A stretch of DNA of 61,587 nucleotides, filler included, from Choristocarpus tenellus KU-1152 (taxonomy: Eukaryota; Protista; Phaeophyceae), in NCBI GenBank assembly GCA_964200185.2. It is 9 parts of 9 records of this genome, joined end to end, with 100 filler letters (N's around TTAATTAATTAA, not from the genome) between each part and the next. Parts side by side here need not be neighbours in the genome. Positions count along the whole stretch, not along the records: positions 12,234 to 19,179 come from CAXNAD020006996.1; positions 19,280 to 22,637 come from CAXNAD020020559.1; positions 22,738 to 28,622 come from CAXNAD020009511.1; 6 more parts are not named here. One strand, written 5' to 3'. This document shows, piece after piece, positions 12,600-25,009 of this stretch. Below the pieces are notes generated by a model that was given only the letters and a program-made list of their open reading frames with translations, was not told the origin of the DNA and did no database searches. Each line of letters starts with the position of its first letter. Position 1 is the stretch's first letter. The position numbers and the translations under genes were made by a program.

Positions 12600-13810
12600 G
12601 GCTCTGCCAAACACACTCTAGTGCCTCCTGGGGGTATACATCAAACACCTCCATTGCAGACTCTGTCAGCTCCTCTATTTGGTCATCCCCACATCTCTTC
12701 CTCAGTTGCCTGATGGAATGAAATAATCCCAGGTTTTGACTTTGAGGTCAGGTGAGTTGGCTGGCTGGGTCTCTATGACAATACTGTCGCCCGCCGCTTC
12801 CTCAATTGGCTCCATGATTCCCCTTTTAATGTATGGCTTTGCCTGTCTTGCTGCATGAAGATGGTGTGTCCTTACGACTAAGGATGGGGACCTTGATTAA
12901 CAGGATGACATCCTCAATCATGAGCTCCTTATACCTCATCTTGTCCACAATAGCTGGTGAGTTAAAGTATCTTAGAGGGTAGAGCCCCGGCCATTTTGGG
13001 CGAAAGTCAGATGCTGCGATTTTGATGCAATTTTGACTATCGTGTTTGTTGGGAGGTGTCAATATCCTTGTTCCGGACTGGCCTTTTCATAACATGCACA
13101 TTCTACCTACTCCAAAACATTTCAGAGTAGGTAAAATGTTGTGAAAAACCCTTGGGAAGCCAAGCTCCAAATGGACAAACAGGGCAAAACTCGTACCCTC
13201 TAAGATACTTTCACACTAGTACAAGCACCTTGATGCCCTTGGGATAGTGTTTGAAGGAGCGTTGAGTGACCTTAGTGTCGTCGATTGGCCAGATCCCGAA
13301 TTTCCGTTGAACTAAACGCTGTTCGAGAGCTTCCTAGGGTGGGCCACAGCTCCAAGGAACATCACCTTCATACTGTAGCGCTTATTCTGTGCCTGTGGGG
13401 GTCTGGGGGTGTCGTCAGTGGGGTGAAGGTACACACCTTGCTCATCTTTGAGAATGTAAAACCACCTCTCGTCCACATGCACCCGGTCATATGGAGAGTC
13501 CACTAATACCCCACTTACCCCCTCCTGTGCATGTAGCTGATGACGAAACCCACCCTGTTGACTTTCTGCTAGTCTGAGAAGACTGATTTAATCCACCGAA
13601 TAACCTTCTTCACCTTCTCGTGCTTGCACAGATCCCACAACGAGGTAAGGGAGACCCCAGCTTTGACCAATTGTGGAAAGATGTGCAATGTATTGATGGG
13701 ACATCCCAAAAGTCAAGGATACTTGTACGGCAGCCACGTCGCCCCTTACAACATCGTACAAGGTATGTGTATTCATCTGACTGTCATACTCCTTCAGACG
13801 ACAGAACACG
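12600..13810 (-). mobile_element. Second decayed Tc1/mariner-type transposase, interrupted by MITE-A copy 4
   Basis: Fragments VHVDERWFY, QNKRYSMKVMFLGAVAHPR, VDKMRYKELMIEDVI, QQD, QPANSPDL, LGLFHSIRQL in order on the minus strand; boundaries approximate. Confidence 0.85.
12959..13216 (+). mobile_element. MITE family A copy 4
   Basis: Full TIRs, 258 bp, TSD TGGT/TAGT (one mismatch); excision restores the transposase reading VLVPAIVDK. Confidence 0.88.
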
Positions 13811-15183
13811 GTGATTCCGAAAATTCCGAAGTCCCCCTGGTAGCCGCCTTCTCCCAAGTCATCTGAGGCTCGTGCCCTCGCGCCTCCAACCATCATGCCA
13901 CCAGGATATTCTTCATTGGGTTGTTTGAGTCTGGGCCCTGGACAGAATTCTGGGCGGAAGAATTGGAACCGACGGGCAACGAAGGGATGAGCGAGACGTT
14001 CGGAAGACGGAGAGCCCTTCGTCCTAGGCATCCCAGTAAACACCTGTTTTGACAGTTTCATGAGGTTTTTGAACCCTGTCAAATGCGACTCGGTCGATTT
14101 TGCACACTGTTGATCCTCCACAGTCATGACAACCCACCATCTCAAACATTGCAAGTCTCTCAATCTATATAATAACTAAGACTGTCGAGAGGGTTTATCA
14201 CCTGGGTCGTTCCCAGGCGATAATGGAGCCTCCAAAAGTTATCTTGCACAAATTTTGCCCATTCCATGAACCTAGACCAATATCAACTATTGGAGATATG
14301 GTTCTGAGATGTTCTAAGGGTATCTGATAACACTTCTGCCTCCTACAACAACTCTACTACTACTACTCAACTATTTTAATTAAAAAGATATATAGTGTTG
14401 TTGAATTTGAAAGAAAAAAATAGATATTGTGCTCTTCAATATTCCATTACAATATATACTAAAATTCCTTGAAAGGGACAGAATTTAGACCACGAATTTG
14501 ACCGAATTTATTTTTAGAAAATGAGACTTCACCACGATTTCATACATTCTAGATTATATATTGTGGTGTTTTACATTGAGCAGGTGTGTTAGGGAGTGGA
14601 GAATACCTTTATAATGGAAGTTTTTCATTCCTTCGTCTCTTGTTTCGTTTATAATATAATTTTCCAATTAGATACGAATATGAATACTGTCTAAGGAGTA
14701 CATAGAACTTGACATCCGTCTTTGATCAGAATTCAAAAACCGAAAAAAAAATTCTTGACTTCAACCTTCTACTCTTCCTCCGTGACCACTCTGTTACTCT
14801 GTTGAATACCTTTCTATCTTTGTTTGATTTGGTTGGTCTTTTCTAGATGACGTATCTAGTTCCTCTTGAAATATTGCCCACAACTTTTTTGTTATATTTT
14901 CATCTACAAAAGGACATCGTGAAGAGTTGAACGAAAAAGCAAATTCAAAATATATGATTATCTGTTCTAACATTCTGGAGATTTGTCAGGGAAAAATCCT
15001 AATATATGTATTCAACATATTATATTGGAACTGAATATATTCTGTCCGGCAAAACAAGAACATACTTTCATTCGGATTAGAATCAAATCTGAACTCTCGA
15101 TCCTAGGAATAGTGGAGAAATCCTCTCAGTCACCGCTCAACCCAATCCCCTCACTACTTTTTATTATCAACGCAACCGTAACA

Positions 15184-16803
15184 ATGAAGTGCTTGAAAAT
15201 CGTTACCCTTCTCCTTGTCTTTGTTGGCATCACGCCAGCAGCTGCCGATGACTTTGCCCCTGCACCTAGTCGTGCTCTCCATTCCGCAACCTCATCCCCC
15301 ACAGAGGCACCCTCTCCAACAGAATGTAAGAAAACGATACATATATAGCCTATACACGCCTCTTCAAGCGATACCACAGTCAGAAAGTCGAAGAAGAATA
15401 TCTACGCACACCTATATTCCGCTGATCGTTCTCTGTGCTGTGTTATTGGTCGCTACTCAGACTGCGTACAAGAAGTAACCACGGTGACTATCAGGGCTAC
15501 CGCTTACGATGAACGCAGCAAGTCGGATGGAGGTTGCAAGAAGCATGGTTGCAAGCCTAAAAGAGTCTTGGTCAGTATTTTTGCCTATGTGTTCCTAGGC
15601 GACCTTTGCGTTTCACTCTCCTCGTGCTTTCTCCAAAGCAATGTCCGTATGAGAATCAAACCAATTGAAAGGAGTCAGGTTTGTACCCTTTTGCATTTCT
15701 AAGCCATTTATCTTTCCCTGTGCAATACACTCTATTTCATTGCTTTGTGTGTACAATCGTGTACGAAAAATTGAATTCACACATTCCGCACGTAAAACGA
15801 CAACACAATTCAGCAAGGGTTCCTTCTGGAAATGTACATAATGACATCTCTTTGTCCTTTCTCGGGATCCTTAAAATACGAATTTGCCTACCTCTCAGTT
15901 GGTTTGCTTCACCAGGGCCTCTAAAGTGACGTGTGTTTGGCTGGGAATACTCTTAATGCAAACTTTGGTACCTATAAACGTAAGCCTCACCTCCGTGTCC
16001 CTTCTTGTCTCAATCGGACCGCAGGACGGAAAGGTCAAAGACCAGTCTCGCTGGTCATGCAACAAACTCCTTGCGGACCCCAGGCAGTGTGTTTTGACGC
16101 TTGTCTTTGGGGATCGACAGGATGTTACCCGCATTGGCATCGGTGAGTCCCTCTACCTAGCTCTTATTTTGGTCTCTAAGGAACCATTATCAACTTGACG
16201 GTTTTACACCAACAGTGAAATTTCATGCCTCTAACTCATGTAATCCGATAATGAGGTGCATATGTATATGCTCCAGTATATACATGTCAATCTATCTACT
16301 GTCCCTAGCATAACCTTGACCGCCAACACTTGTTTACCAAACTCCTAGCGTTCTATAAGGGCACACAGAGGAGGCGTACACTGAAGATCAATGCGGGCAA
16401 CAAACGTCTTGGAGTCATCACATCTAGCGGGACCACTGACGACTTTGAGGTAAGGGTGTAACAAATACTTATTTTTTGCGTGATGAAAAACTCTCCTAGA
16501 TCACCACGAACATGTAAGACTGATAAATTCTGAACGCAAATTGATCCCCTTAAATCACCAGTCATGAGTAAAGGAATGTGTTGGGACGTGGTTCATGTTA
16601 TCTCATTTCCTCGTCAGCACCGCAACACGTTGTCAAATATCACTGCACATCGCCCCAAGAGTACCACACAATCTGCACACTCTTGTGTTCCTTTTCCCCT
16701 CTTCTGCTACCCACAGTATTTCGATCTCAGTGCAGAGAACGTGAGGAAGCTGTCCTTTGAATCTATTGGTATAGACCGAAAGGAATGGATCAGCATTACC
16801 GAG
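15184..16803 (+). CDS. Small secreted protein with one F5/8 type C (discoidin/CBM32-like) domain; last exon uncertain
   Basis: Exons 15184-15325, 15461-15570, 16025-16142, 16349-16449, 16717-16803 splice in frame (186 codons). Signal peptide MKCLKIVTLLLVFVGITPAAA, Pro/Thr/Ser linker, then DG..DQSRWSC, IGIAFYKGTQRRRTL, SSGTTDDFEYFDL, EWISITE, recognisable F5/8-C motifs. The end is either read-through to 16830 or a terminal exon at 17002-17037 or near 17825. Confidence 0.8.
15658..15905 (+). mobile_element. MITE family D copy 1 (intron 2 of the F5/8-C gene)
   Basis: Inverted ends AAACCAATTGAAAGG / CCTCTCAGTTGGTTT; aligns by eye along ~240 bp, in inverted orientation, with 29608-29850 on another contig. 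Confidence 0.7.
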
Positions 16804-19309
16804 GTGGGTGAATCCTGTTCAGTTCTATAGAGAGGAAGCATTTGCATGAGCGCGTATGGTGTTGAATAATACTGGAGTTCACGTCGACGGTACATATTAA
16901 GGTGGCAAACGCTTTTCATCACAATATTACCTATATGCATTGAGGAACCACCATCCAGGGGATCACTGCTTAGTACAATATTCTTTTTCACTCTTTCACA
17001 GTTTCAAGGACAGGGTTATTTATTACACGCAAGTTAGGGATAGAGATAGATATTGGAAATTGCATGCGAAAAAATGAAGAATAGATGACAATGTTGGATT
17101 CCTTTAGAGATAGTAGTTCCCAATGCTGCACCACAGGATGAAACCTTCCCAAAAATCATCCCTTGTTTGGTTAGGGTTAGGGTTAGATTTCAAAAACGCA
17201 TGTCGTGAAAAAGTTGAAAAAAATTGAAAGCGGTTGTGGTTTCCCAGATTACATCAACTTGTTGCTGATTACAAGAGGCCAGGGTAAAGGTTCCCTTTAG
17301 TTCTCCTAGAGCTGTGTGTGGTTATTGTTGAGGAATGTTTCGATATCATTGTTTGTTGCTATGCTGCTGATCCTTTGTCTCACGTCTGCTCCAACCAAAG
17401 TCTCATTATTGACATACACACATCACGTCTCTCATTAAAATGTTCATATCTCTACCCCAAAACCAGATAAAAGTTATGGTGAAGTAATTGAATGTACCGC
17501 TGACTCTCAGTGGAGGGACGAGTCTGATTTTCACCAGCCTACAAACACTTTGGCGGGAAAATGTCACTGCCCCTCTGCTGATAGTGCATGGTTGCTTTAC
17601 CGGGTTTTCTTTGGAAATGTCGGCCTTGAGCAGTACCCATGTGTTGTATTGTCCTTGCAGCATTGGATGCAGACGATGATCTGCATATTGAGGATATTTT
17701 AGTTTAGCGCAAGGTACTTCCAAAAATAAACAAGAAGCCATTATGTTAGCAATTTCAATAATCTTACCACTATTGTACTGTAGGAAAAGGTAGATCGACT
17801 ACTATTTTCTTCTTTCTCACACAGGTGAAGCAGAAGATGTAATGGTGGATGATGCAGTCTGTAGTCATTTTTTTTAGTGTTTAACATTTTTTTTCTAGGA
17901 GGTAGTACGACCCCTGTACGAATTACCCATGTTGTTTTTGTTAGAGTGTGATGTGGGTCACAATTACCATCTCTGGGCAAGATTTTCGTGACGCTTATAC
18001 TCTCTGTAATATTTTGGATGCAATGGTATGACAGAGGGTGGGAGGTGAATTGCTACCTCTTTTCTATCTTTGGTCACCATTGTCGATAACATTTAGGAGA
18101 ATACTGTTACCAAGAACTATTTGAATACATTTGTGTATATATACTGCATGTATGTGTACTCACTGCTGGCTGTAAGTGCTTTTGAACACCAATAATAATA
18201 TAATATCAGTGGATTCATGAGGTCTTTTTGACTCTTCATAATACGCATCCTACGTTTGTGACAACCTATTTCTTCTCTTATTTCAGGATCATAATTCACC
18301 TGCACCGTGCATGTGCACATTCTCACATAAGAAAATTGAGTGTGTATTTGTGTTCTGTGTCGATGATCACAATTTGGCTTCAATATCTAGAACAACTGAC
18401 CATACCTACCGTCAACAAGCTTGTGTCGTTCGGACCACTATGCTCCTTTGTTCACAATGTCCCGGGAAGAGAAAATATCAAGACAAGGTCCCTAACGGTC
18501 CACTGTACAGTGGCATTTTTGAAGTTAGCGAGGAGGATGTATGGACGACTCCTGTATGCACCTTTTTCGACTATAATATATTACTTTGTAATTAGGACGA
18601 AATGGATTGGGTGAGACCGGGTAGGAAAGGTTTTTGGGAGAAAAACGGTGTTGTCCGTATCTTTTCTTAGACAACATTGTTTCTGTGTGGATCACGTCCT
18701 CTATCGACTTGGCATTTGATTTTGATGTTAAACGTTTAGTTGATTTTCCTTCGGTAGGTTTTCCGATGGGGTAGCAAACGGACGTCCTCCTGACGTTTTT
18801 CCCTCTCCTCCTCAGTGTGGATGATCTACTGAATTTATAGCGACTCCACGTAAAATGGATCGGAATCCAAGCCAACGTGTTTTTTTGGCTTTTCCGAATT
18901 GTATTAAATGGTGGTTTTGGTTTGATACAATGGTACCACCAGCAGCTTCGCCCTCTGTGGCAATCTTGATTTTTTCACCAGAACATCACAACAGATACAC
19001 ATTATATATATTGTGAATCGTGTGTTTCTGTGGCGGTGTGGTTAACTAAGGCAAGGAGGGTGGCGAAGAGAATCACCGGGCAAGATGGACCACACGAACA
19101 AGGACGAATCGTGACTGAGGGTACGAGGTTAAGGTTGGTCAAGTGTTAGCTTAGGAGTGATGAGCAACATCAAAGATGGNNNNNNNNNNNNNNNNNNNNN
19201 NNNNNNNNNNNNNNNNNNNNNNNTTAATTAATTAANNNNNNNNNNNNNNNNNNNNNNNNNNNNNNNNNNNNNNNNNNNNGATTTGAAGTGTCAGCAAAAA
19301 AAAAAGTTG

Positions 19310-19365
19310 TTTGACCGAAACGGACGCCTCCTCACAAACCACCACCCCCCCCAGTACTTTGACCC
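19310..19365 (-). mobile_element. Divergent B-like MITE end (long spacer)
   Basis: Reverse complement GGGTCAAAGTACTG-polyG-TGGTGGTTTGTGAGGAGGC-GTCCGTTTCGG; the inner box starts at position 41 from the terminus. Confidence 0.55.
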
Positions 19366-20236
19366 TTTAACATCTATTCTTACAAATTTCTAATATAGAT
19401 TATATTATTCGTATTTAATATCACATTAGTTCCAAGAATCTCACATACTGTTTACTCAAAGTAGTAATAAAAAAGAAACAAGTACTATGAAAAACAAAAC
19501 AACAATATAAGAGAAAGAAAAAAAGAGAAAATATAAAAATAAAAAGGAAGAACTTATGGAAGAGAAAAACACTATCACCCAAGAAACACAAAAGGAAAGA
19601 GAATAAAGAAAAATGAACTAAGGTTGCAAAATAACAAGGTGACAAGGAAAACAGGAGGACTTTTCACTGGGGCAACAAATGGAAAAGGTCCCGTCCACTG
19701 GACGACCAGCCCCATAAACTTTTTTTATGTCTCACCTTATTATTGAACTGGTCTGTGCCCAAGTCCGCACCGGTCCCACAGTTATTTAACATGTCCCAGT
19801 TTATGTCCATTAGGTATTGACCAGTCCATTTCCATGTTCAGATTGACCCCACACTTACTTCACCTGTCATGATCTGTGTCCATAGGGCATTGTACTGGTT
19901 CACCCACTCACTGCCCAGTTTAACTTTTTTCGTTGCATGTTCAGACCATGTCCAGTAGTACGTGTTGTACAAGTATGTGACATTCACATGGATCACCAAT
20001 CACTCAATGATGTATTTGTATTATTTTTACAATTTTAATAATTCAAAATAAACAATATAAAATAATATAGAAATCTTACCATATTCAATACATGTATATT
20101 TACTTCTTACAACTGTAAAAAATTAAAATTTAGGATACAGTATTTAAGAGTGGTAAAATATCATGGCCTTGACGTCGCTGACTGAGTAAAAAAAAAACTA
20201 CCTGACTAACCATAGATAAATTGTTGTAACGTAAGC

Positions 20237-20637
20237 GAGTTCATGGCCACTACTTATTCAACATGTTCGGGACCACTGACTGCCTATTACAATCAAGTTC
20301 GAACATGGCTGAGTTCATGTCCATCACTTACTCAACATAACTAACCTGTCACCAGCCATGTATAACCAAGTTCGAACATAACTGAGTCCATGAACATTGA
20401 CCTTTTCAACATGGTCAATGCAAGGACCGAGTTCATGGCCATCACTTACTCAACATGTTGACGGGCTGCGCACCTGCCATGTATAACCAACTTCGAACAT
20501 GACCGACTCCATGGCTAGGGACCGTTTCAACATGACCAGGTCACAGACTGAGTTCATGGTCATCACTTACTCGATATGATCAGCCCCAGTACCATCCATG
20601 TATAATCAAGTTCGAACATGACCGACTCCATGGCCAT
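20237..20637. repeat. Higher-order tandem repeat (A ~74 bp / B 45 bp; order A-A-B-A-B-A-partial B)
   Basis: Units start at 20237, 20311, 20384, 20429, 20505, 20550 and 20624; conserved blocks GAGTTCATGGCCATCACTTACTCAACATG and CCATGTATAACCAAGTTCGAACATG are separated by variable segments. Confidence 0.85.
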
Positions 20638-21345
20638 ATGGCCGACAGAGGACATGCTAACTGCCCAGGCCCAGGGAAAGCCCTGGAAAACAGCATTCAG
20701 GATAATATACTGATGGTGGTGACCTGGGCAACCTTACCTGTTGTTTCAGTCTTACGTATATTAGCTACAACAAATTCCTTCTTCTTTAATAATGTTGGGG
20801 ACAAAAGTGGTGAAAATGATATTTGTTTAGAATTGGGTACAAAATATACTGATGAAAACAGTATTTTTTAATAAAAATAATATAAAGCTCGATGTATAGA
20901 TTGTTATACTTAGGAATTCCACCTTTAAAGTGTTCCAAAGTATGTTGCGTGAAATGCGGGTGGAATACAAGGAATTCCGTTTGGCTGTTTCAGGTGAGAC
21001 AGTACATTTTAGAAGGAAAACTTCTAGATATAGGAATTAATTTTGACGTAGTCCAAAAGGACAAAGTTCTGGAACTTCTGGAAGTAGCATTTTTCTGGAT
21101 GTCTGGCAGTACAAAGCAGAGAGAGCCCCACGCATTCTCACTCAAAATTTTCCATCAAGGAATGAGCCCTTCTACAGAGTTTGATCTACAAGCATGAACA
21201 TATATGTTCAACCAATAAAAACAAGAACTAAACATTTCTCAAGACACTTTCAACGAGAGTCTCACTGTCTGGAGGGAAGGAGTCCATATCAGAGAATGCA
21301 GGAGCCAACAAAACTATATTATTGGGGTCCAAAGTAGGCTAGAGA

Positions 21346-21685
21346 GAGTGAAACTATCTTAGAGGGTACGATTTTTTCCCTGTTTGTCCATTTGTGGTGC
21401 TTGGCTTCCCATGAGTTTTTTATGACATTTCCGACTCCAAAATGTTTTGGAGTAGGCAAAATGTATACATTTGTGGGGCTTGGCTTCCCATGTGTTTTTT
21501 AATGACATTTTCCGACTCCAAAATGTTTCGGAGTAGGTAAAATGTGTACGTTATGAAAGGTGTGTCCGAAACACATAGATACGGACACTTCCTAACAAAC
21601 ACCATAGCNNNNNNNNNTCAAAATCACAACATTATATTTTGACCCCCAAATGGACGCGGCTCTACCCTCTAAGATACTTTGGCTC
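21346..21685 (-). mobile_element. MITE family A copy 5 (reverse orientation, ~80-bp internal tandem duplication)
   Basis: Both TIRs, TSD GAGA/GAGA; the module CATTTGTGG...CTCCAAAATGTTTYGGAGTAGG...AAAATGT occurs twice. Confidence 0.9.
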
Positions 21686-21749
21686 GAGATAAGTTCCTCC
21701 AGAGGTTCATCAGGTTCATCTGGAACAGAGATAGCGAGCGTTATGCAAT

Positions 21750-22590
21750 TGGTATGGTCGCTCACAGAGGCGCTAACAGCGCACCAAGCACCGAGCCGGT
21801 CGACAGTCAGCCTGAAGGTGTAGCTGCAGCCATTCTCAGACAAGAGAGAGGACTGGCACAGCCGGTTGATAGTACGTTGTGTGCAAATATAACCCCTTGG
21901 GTGCAATGTGGCTTTTGATGTGCATGAGGAGGAGGCATCAAAAGTGGGCATGACAGTGTGTTTCTCTGTCAATATAGATTGACTACACAAGACTGAGGTG
22001 GTGTGGAGGTCATTGACCGCCATTTAGAGGGACATCATCTTTGAGTTGTGGTAGGCGTGGTGTCACCACTTGGGCTTAGAAGGCGCTGTTCGGATACTAT
22101 TAGCCTAATAGTACAAGTTAGCAATTCAGGCTTCAGGATAAATGAAACAATATAGTGATGGAGCATATATAATTTTTACTCCACAGTGATCTAGTCATGA
22201 AGGAGTTCGAGAGTCGGGGGTAAAAGGATTGAAAGACCAGGTCAACGTCAACGTATTGCTTATTCGCACAAGCATCGACACATTGATGTGTAGCGATATG
22301 AGCAACTTCAAACGGATCAATGGGCCACCATAAATCCTGCACTGCTTTGCCATGCGACCCAGTCTCTCATGGAACTATCACCTTGCTGGCTCAGCTAGTT
22401 GTTGACTTGCTGCTACAAGTGCAAGGTCAAGGAAGCAGAATTTGCAGGAGATCGTGTATCTTGTAGCAAATGGGGGCGCAAGGCAGGGGACTGCCGTGGG
22501 GGAAAACCCACAGGACAGCCGCAATCAAAGAAGATGGATGTTCGTCTGCAACAAGATGGGCCATTTTCCTAAGGACTACGACAACCCAGT
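21750..22590 (+). mobile_element. Probable decayed LTR-retrotransposon gag (Copia-like)
   Basis: Stop-riddled frame LQPFSDKREDW...LGC..AF...KVG and a degenerate CCHC knuckle (FVCNKMGHFPKD) at ~22540-22580. Confidence 0.45.
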
Positions 22591-22596
22591 CTGATT

Positions 22597-22637
22597 AGCT
22601 CAACGTATCTGGGAGGGGGTGGCGGCTGTCCATTTGG
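22597..22637 (+). mobile_element. MITE family B short-spacer end at contig break
   Basis: AGCTCAACGTATCTGGGAGGGGGTGGCGGCTGTCCATTTGG followed by the linker. Confidence 0.8.
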
Positions 22638-22769
22638 NNNNNNNNNNNNNNNNNNNNNNNNNNNNNNNNNNNNNNNNNNNNTTAATTAATTAANNNNNNN
22701 NNNNNNNNNNNNNNNNNNNNNNNNNNNNNNNNNNNNNTGTATACGTCGGGTTAATAATGTATTTGTCCT

Positions 22770-22835
22770 TTTCCTGATTTTGGTCCAAATGGACACCCTG
22801 GTGTAGACCCCCCCCCCTCCCAGATACTTCGGGTC
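22770..22835 (-). mobile_element. MITE family B long-spacer end near contig start
   Basis: Reverse complement GACCCGAAGTATCTGGGAG-polyG-TCTACACCAGGGT-GTCCATTTGGACCAAAA; matches 55008. Confidence 0.8.
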
Positions 22836-25009
22836 AGAGTGGCACCATGTGCCATGAAGAACAAATGTCACAGGCGATGGGTCTTGGTAGTGGTCTCATA
22901 AACGCCATCATGAACTTTGAAGTCCTAAAATTGATATGTTGTGCTTCTTGACTATTTATTAGTAATTATTTTGTCATTACGAGACCATATACCTTGCCCA
23001 GTGTCATGTGTGTGGCTCAGTCGTTTCTCCAAACCTCGATTAAATCATCAAGTGAATAATAAGACCGAGAGATTCAGCACATTTGATTAGATTTTCATTA
23101 TGGATCAGCCTACAGGCTTGTGGCTCAGAGCTACATATCCCACACTGCTAGGAGCGTTTTGTAACATAGAGCGCCAGGTTGCGTAGAGCTAGGGTCCTCC
23201 ACAACACCCTGTGCGAGTTCTGGGATAGAGCATAGCACGCTCTGGCAACAACATAATGATCTTTACCCTCCACCAACTGCTACCTGGAGGATAATGGTAA
23301 CCCATGGAGTAAGGAGAGAATCCACCGCCTTCAGAAGTATTTACAGTCGTAATTTATTTACTACACAACATACAACATCACACTTCACTGTTAACATCCT
23401 TAACCATTACTCCTAATTGTTCGACTGTGTCAAATGTTTAATAACATTACAGTACACCGTCCATCCTACCTTCATGTCACAATCATACAAACTGCTCAAG
23501 TTTCAAGCCCCTACCCGTCCTATCATGGACTTCCTACACGACACTGCACCCTCTTCTCCAACACATCCTGCTGCCTCAAACCTGTACATTCTTGTTCATG
23601 CATTATGTCTTAGTCCTCTACTGGTATATCAACTTCAAAGATTACATTGCACCTTACACCCGACTTCGATACCACACTCGCACAAACCCCTCAAGTATGT
23701 AGAGCTGTATCATACATACATCTTAAGAATCCGACATATAATACTGTAGCATACTCCACCCAAGCATAAGGTTCTACCCTGCTGCGAATGCCTGTCTCAC
23801 ATCCAACAAACGTCACACTGCACCGGGCATCAATGTTTCAATGTCATATACGTATACACTCCCTACTTCTCCACAAAAGAATAAGTCCTACTCCTACAAC
23901 TGTCTCAGCGTTGCACCACTCAGGGCAAGAATCCAACGTAGCAAACACTTAACCATCACTCCAGCATAAAGTTCTACCCCCCTGCAGCTAACTGCTTCAC
24001 TTCCAAGAAACACCACAATACGTCCTGATCCTTAATTTGTGGAGGAAGATCTTGACATAACATATCAACGTGGATGACGTACGTCATGCATTGAGTGATA
24101 GTCTTACACAAACTCTTCCAAAATTATGATCTTCTCTCTTACTATGCATATTGCTGTTTCATATCTGCTTCAAAATGTGTGGTTTAGGATTTTCACTCTT
24201 CTACTTTGGTTCTCCGAAAAAGTCCCCTTCAACGAGCCGCAACATTTGGATTTCCTTCCCAATACAAACGTCTTTTACACCCACGAAACTCTTGAGATAA
24301 ACATGTCCCAAACACACCAGTTTTGATGGCTTTGATGTTTCTGTATGTACTATTATCACAAGTACTGGGTACTTTTAGTAAGTATTAAGTATAATTTACA
24401 AAAATTATGAATGATGGGTAAGATTTAACAATAATGAAAATATTTGTTAATATATTTATTAGTATTTTTTACATGTAGAGTTTGACCAACTAACACTAAC
24501 TAAAACAAAACATAAGAACGTACAGTTCTTCCCAACTACTTACATATATAATATGTACGTTTCAGACTGTCGTCTCTCAAATCCCTTCATTGATGATATT
24601 CATAATCAACGCCCTGTACATACGTTGGTACCCTTAAGTAGTGGAGTAATAAATGAACCATGTGGATACACTCGTACCCTCAAGTCGAGGACTGTGTCAC
24701 AAGCAACGGATATGTTTCATTGTGTCCAAGGTGTTCATATTCGGTATATCCATCGCAACAGGAGGATTCTTGGTTTGAGTTTCATGTGTACACCGTTCAA
24801 CGCCCTTACTCGTCTGATACCCCCTTATTCATGGACAATACCGCATGGACAACGGTCACGTGCAGTATTTACTTCGAGAGTAATACTGTGCTACCCAGCA
24901 AGAGACTCACAACCTATTCTTCTCCACTGGTCCGCCTATTCATTCATACACCAGCGGGCTTGAGTCGACAGCTTAGACCTGGTCGCACACAAAGCATCAT
25001 TACTACAAC

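Noticed and set aside
1760-13810. The two mariner transposases as autonomous partners of MITE-A/B
   Set aside because: Tc1/mariner elements duplicate TA, whereas MITE-A has variable 4-bp TSDs; one mariner is itself interrupted by MITE-A.
20237-20637. CRISPR array interpretation of the repeat/variable-segment array
   Set aside because: Eukaryotic context, imperfect repeats of two alternating types, variable segments only ~11-14 nt, and no cas-like ORFs.
20890-21200. Possible transposase remnant on the minus strand (LDYVKINS...QPNG)
   Set aside because: Multiple stops and only a vague resemblance; it cannot be supported without a profile search.
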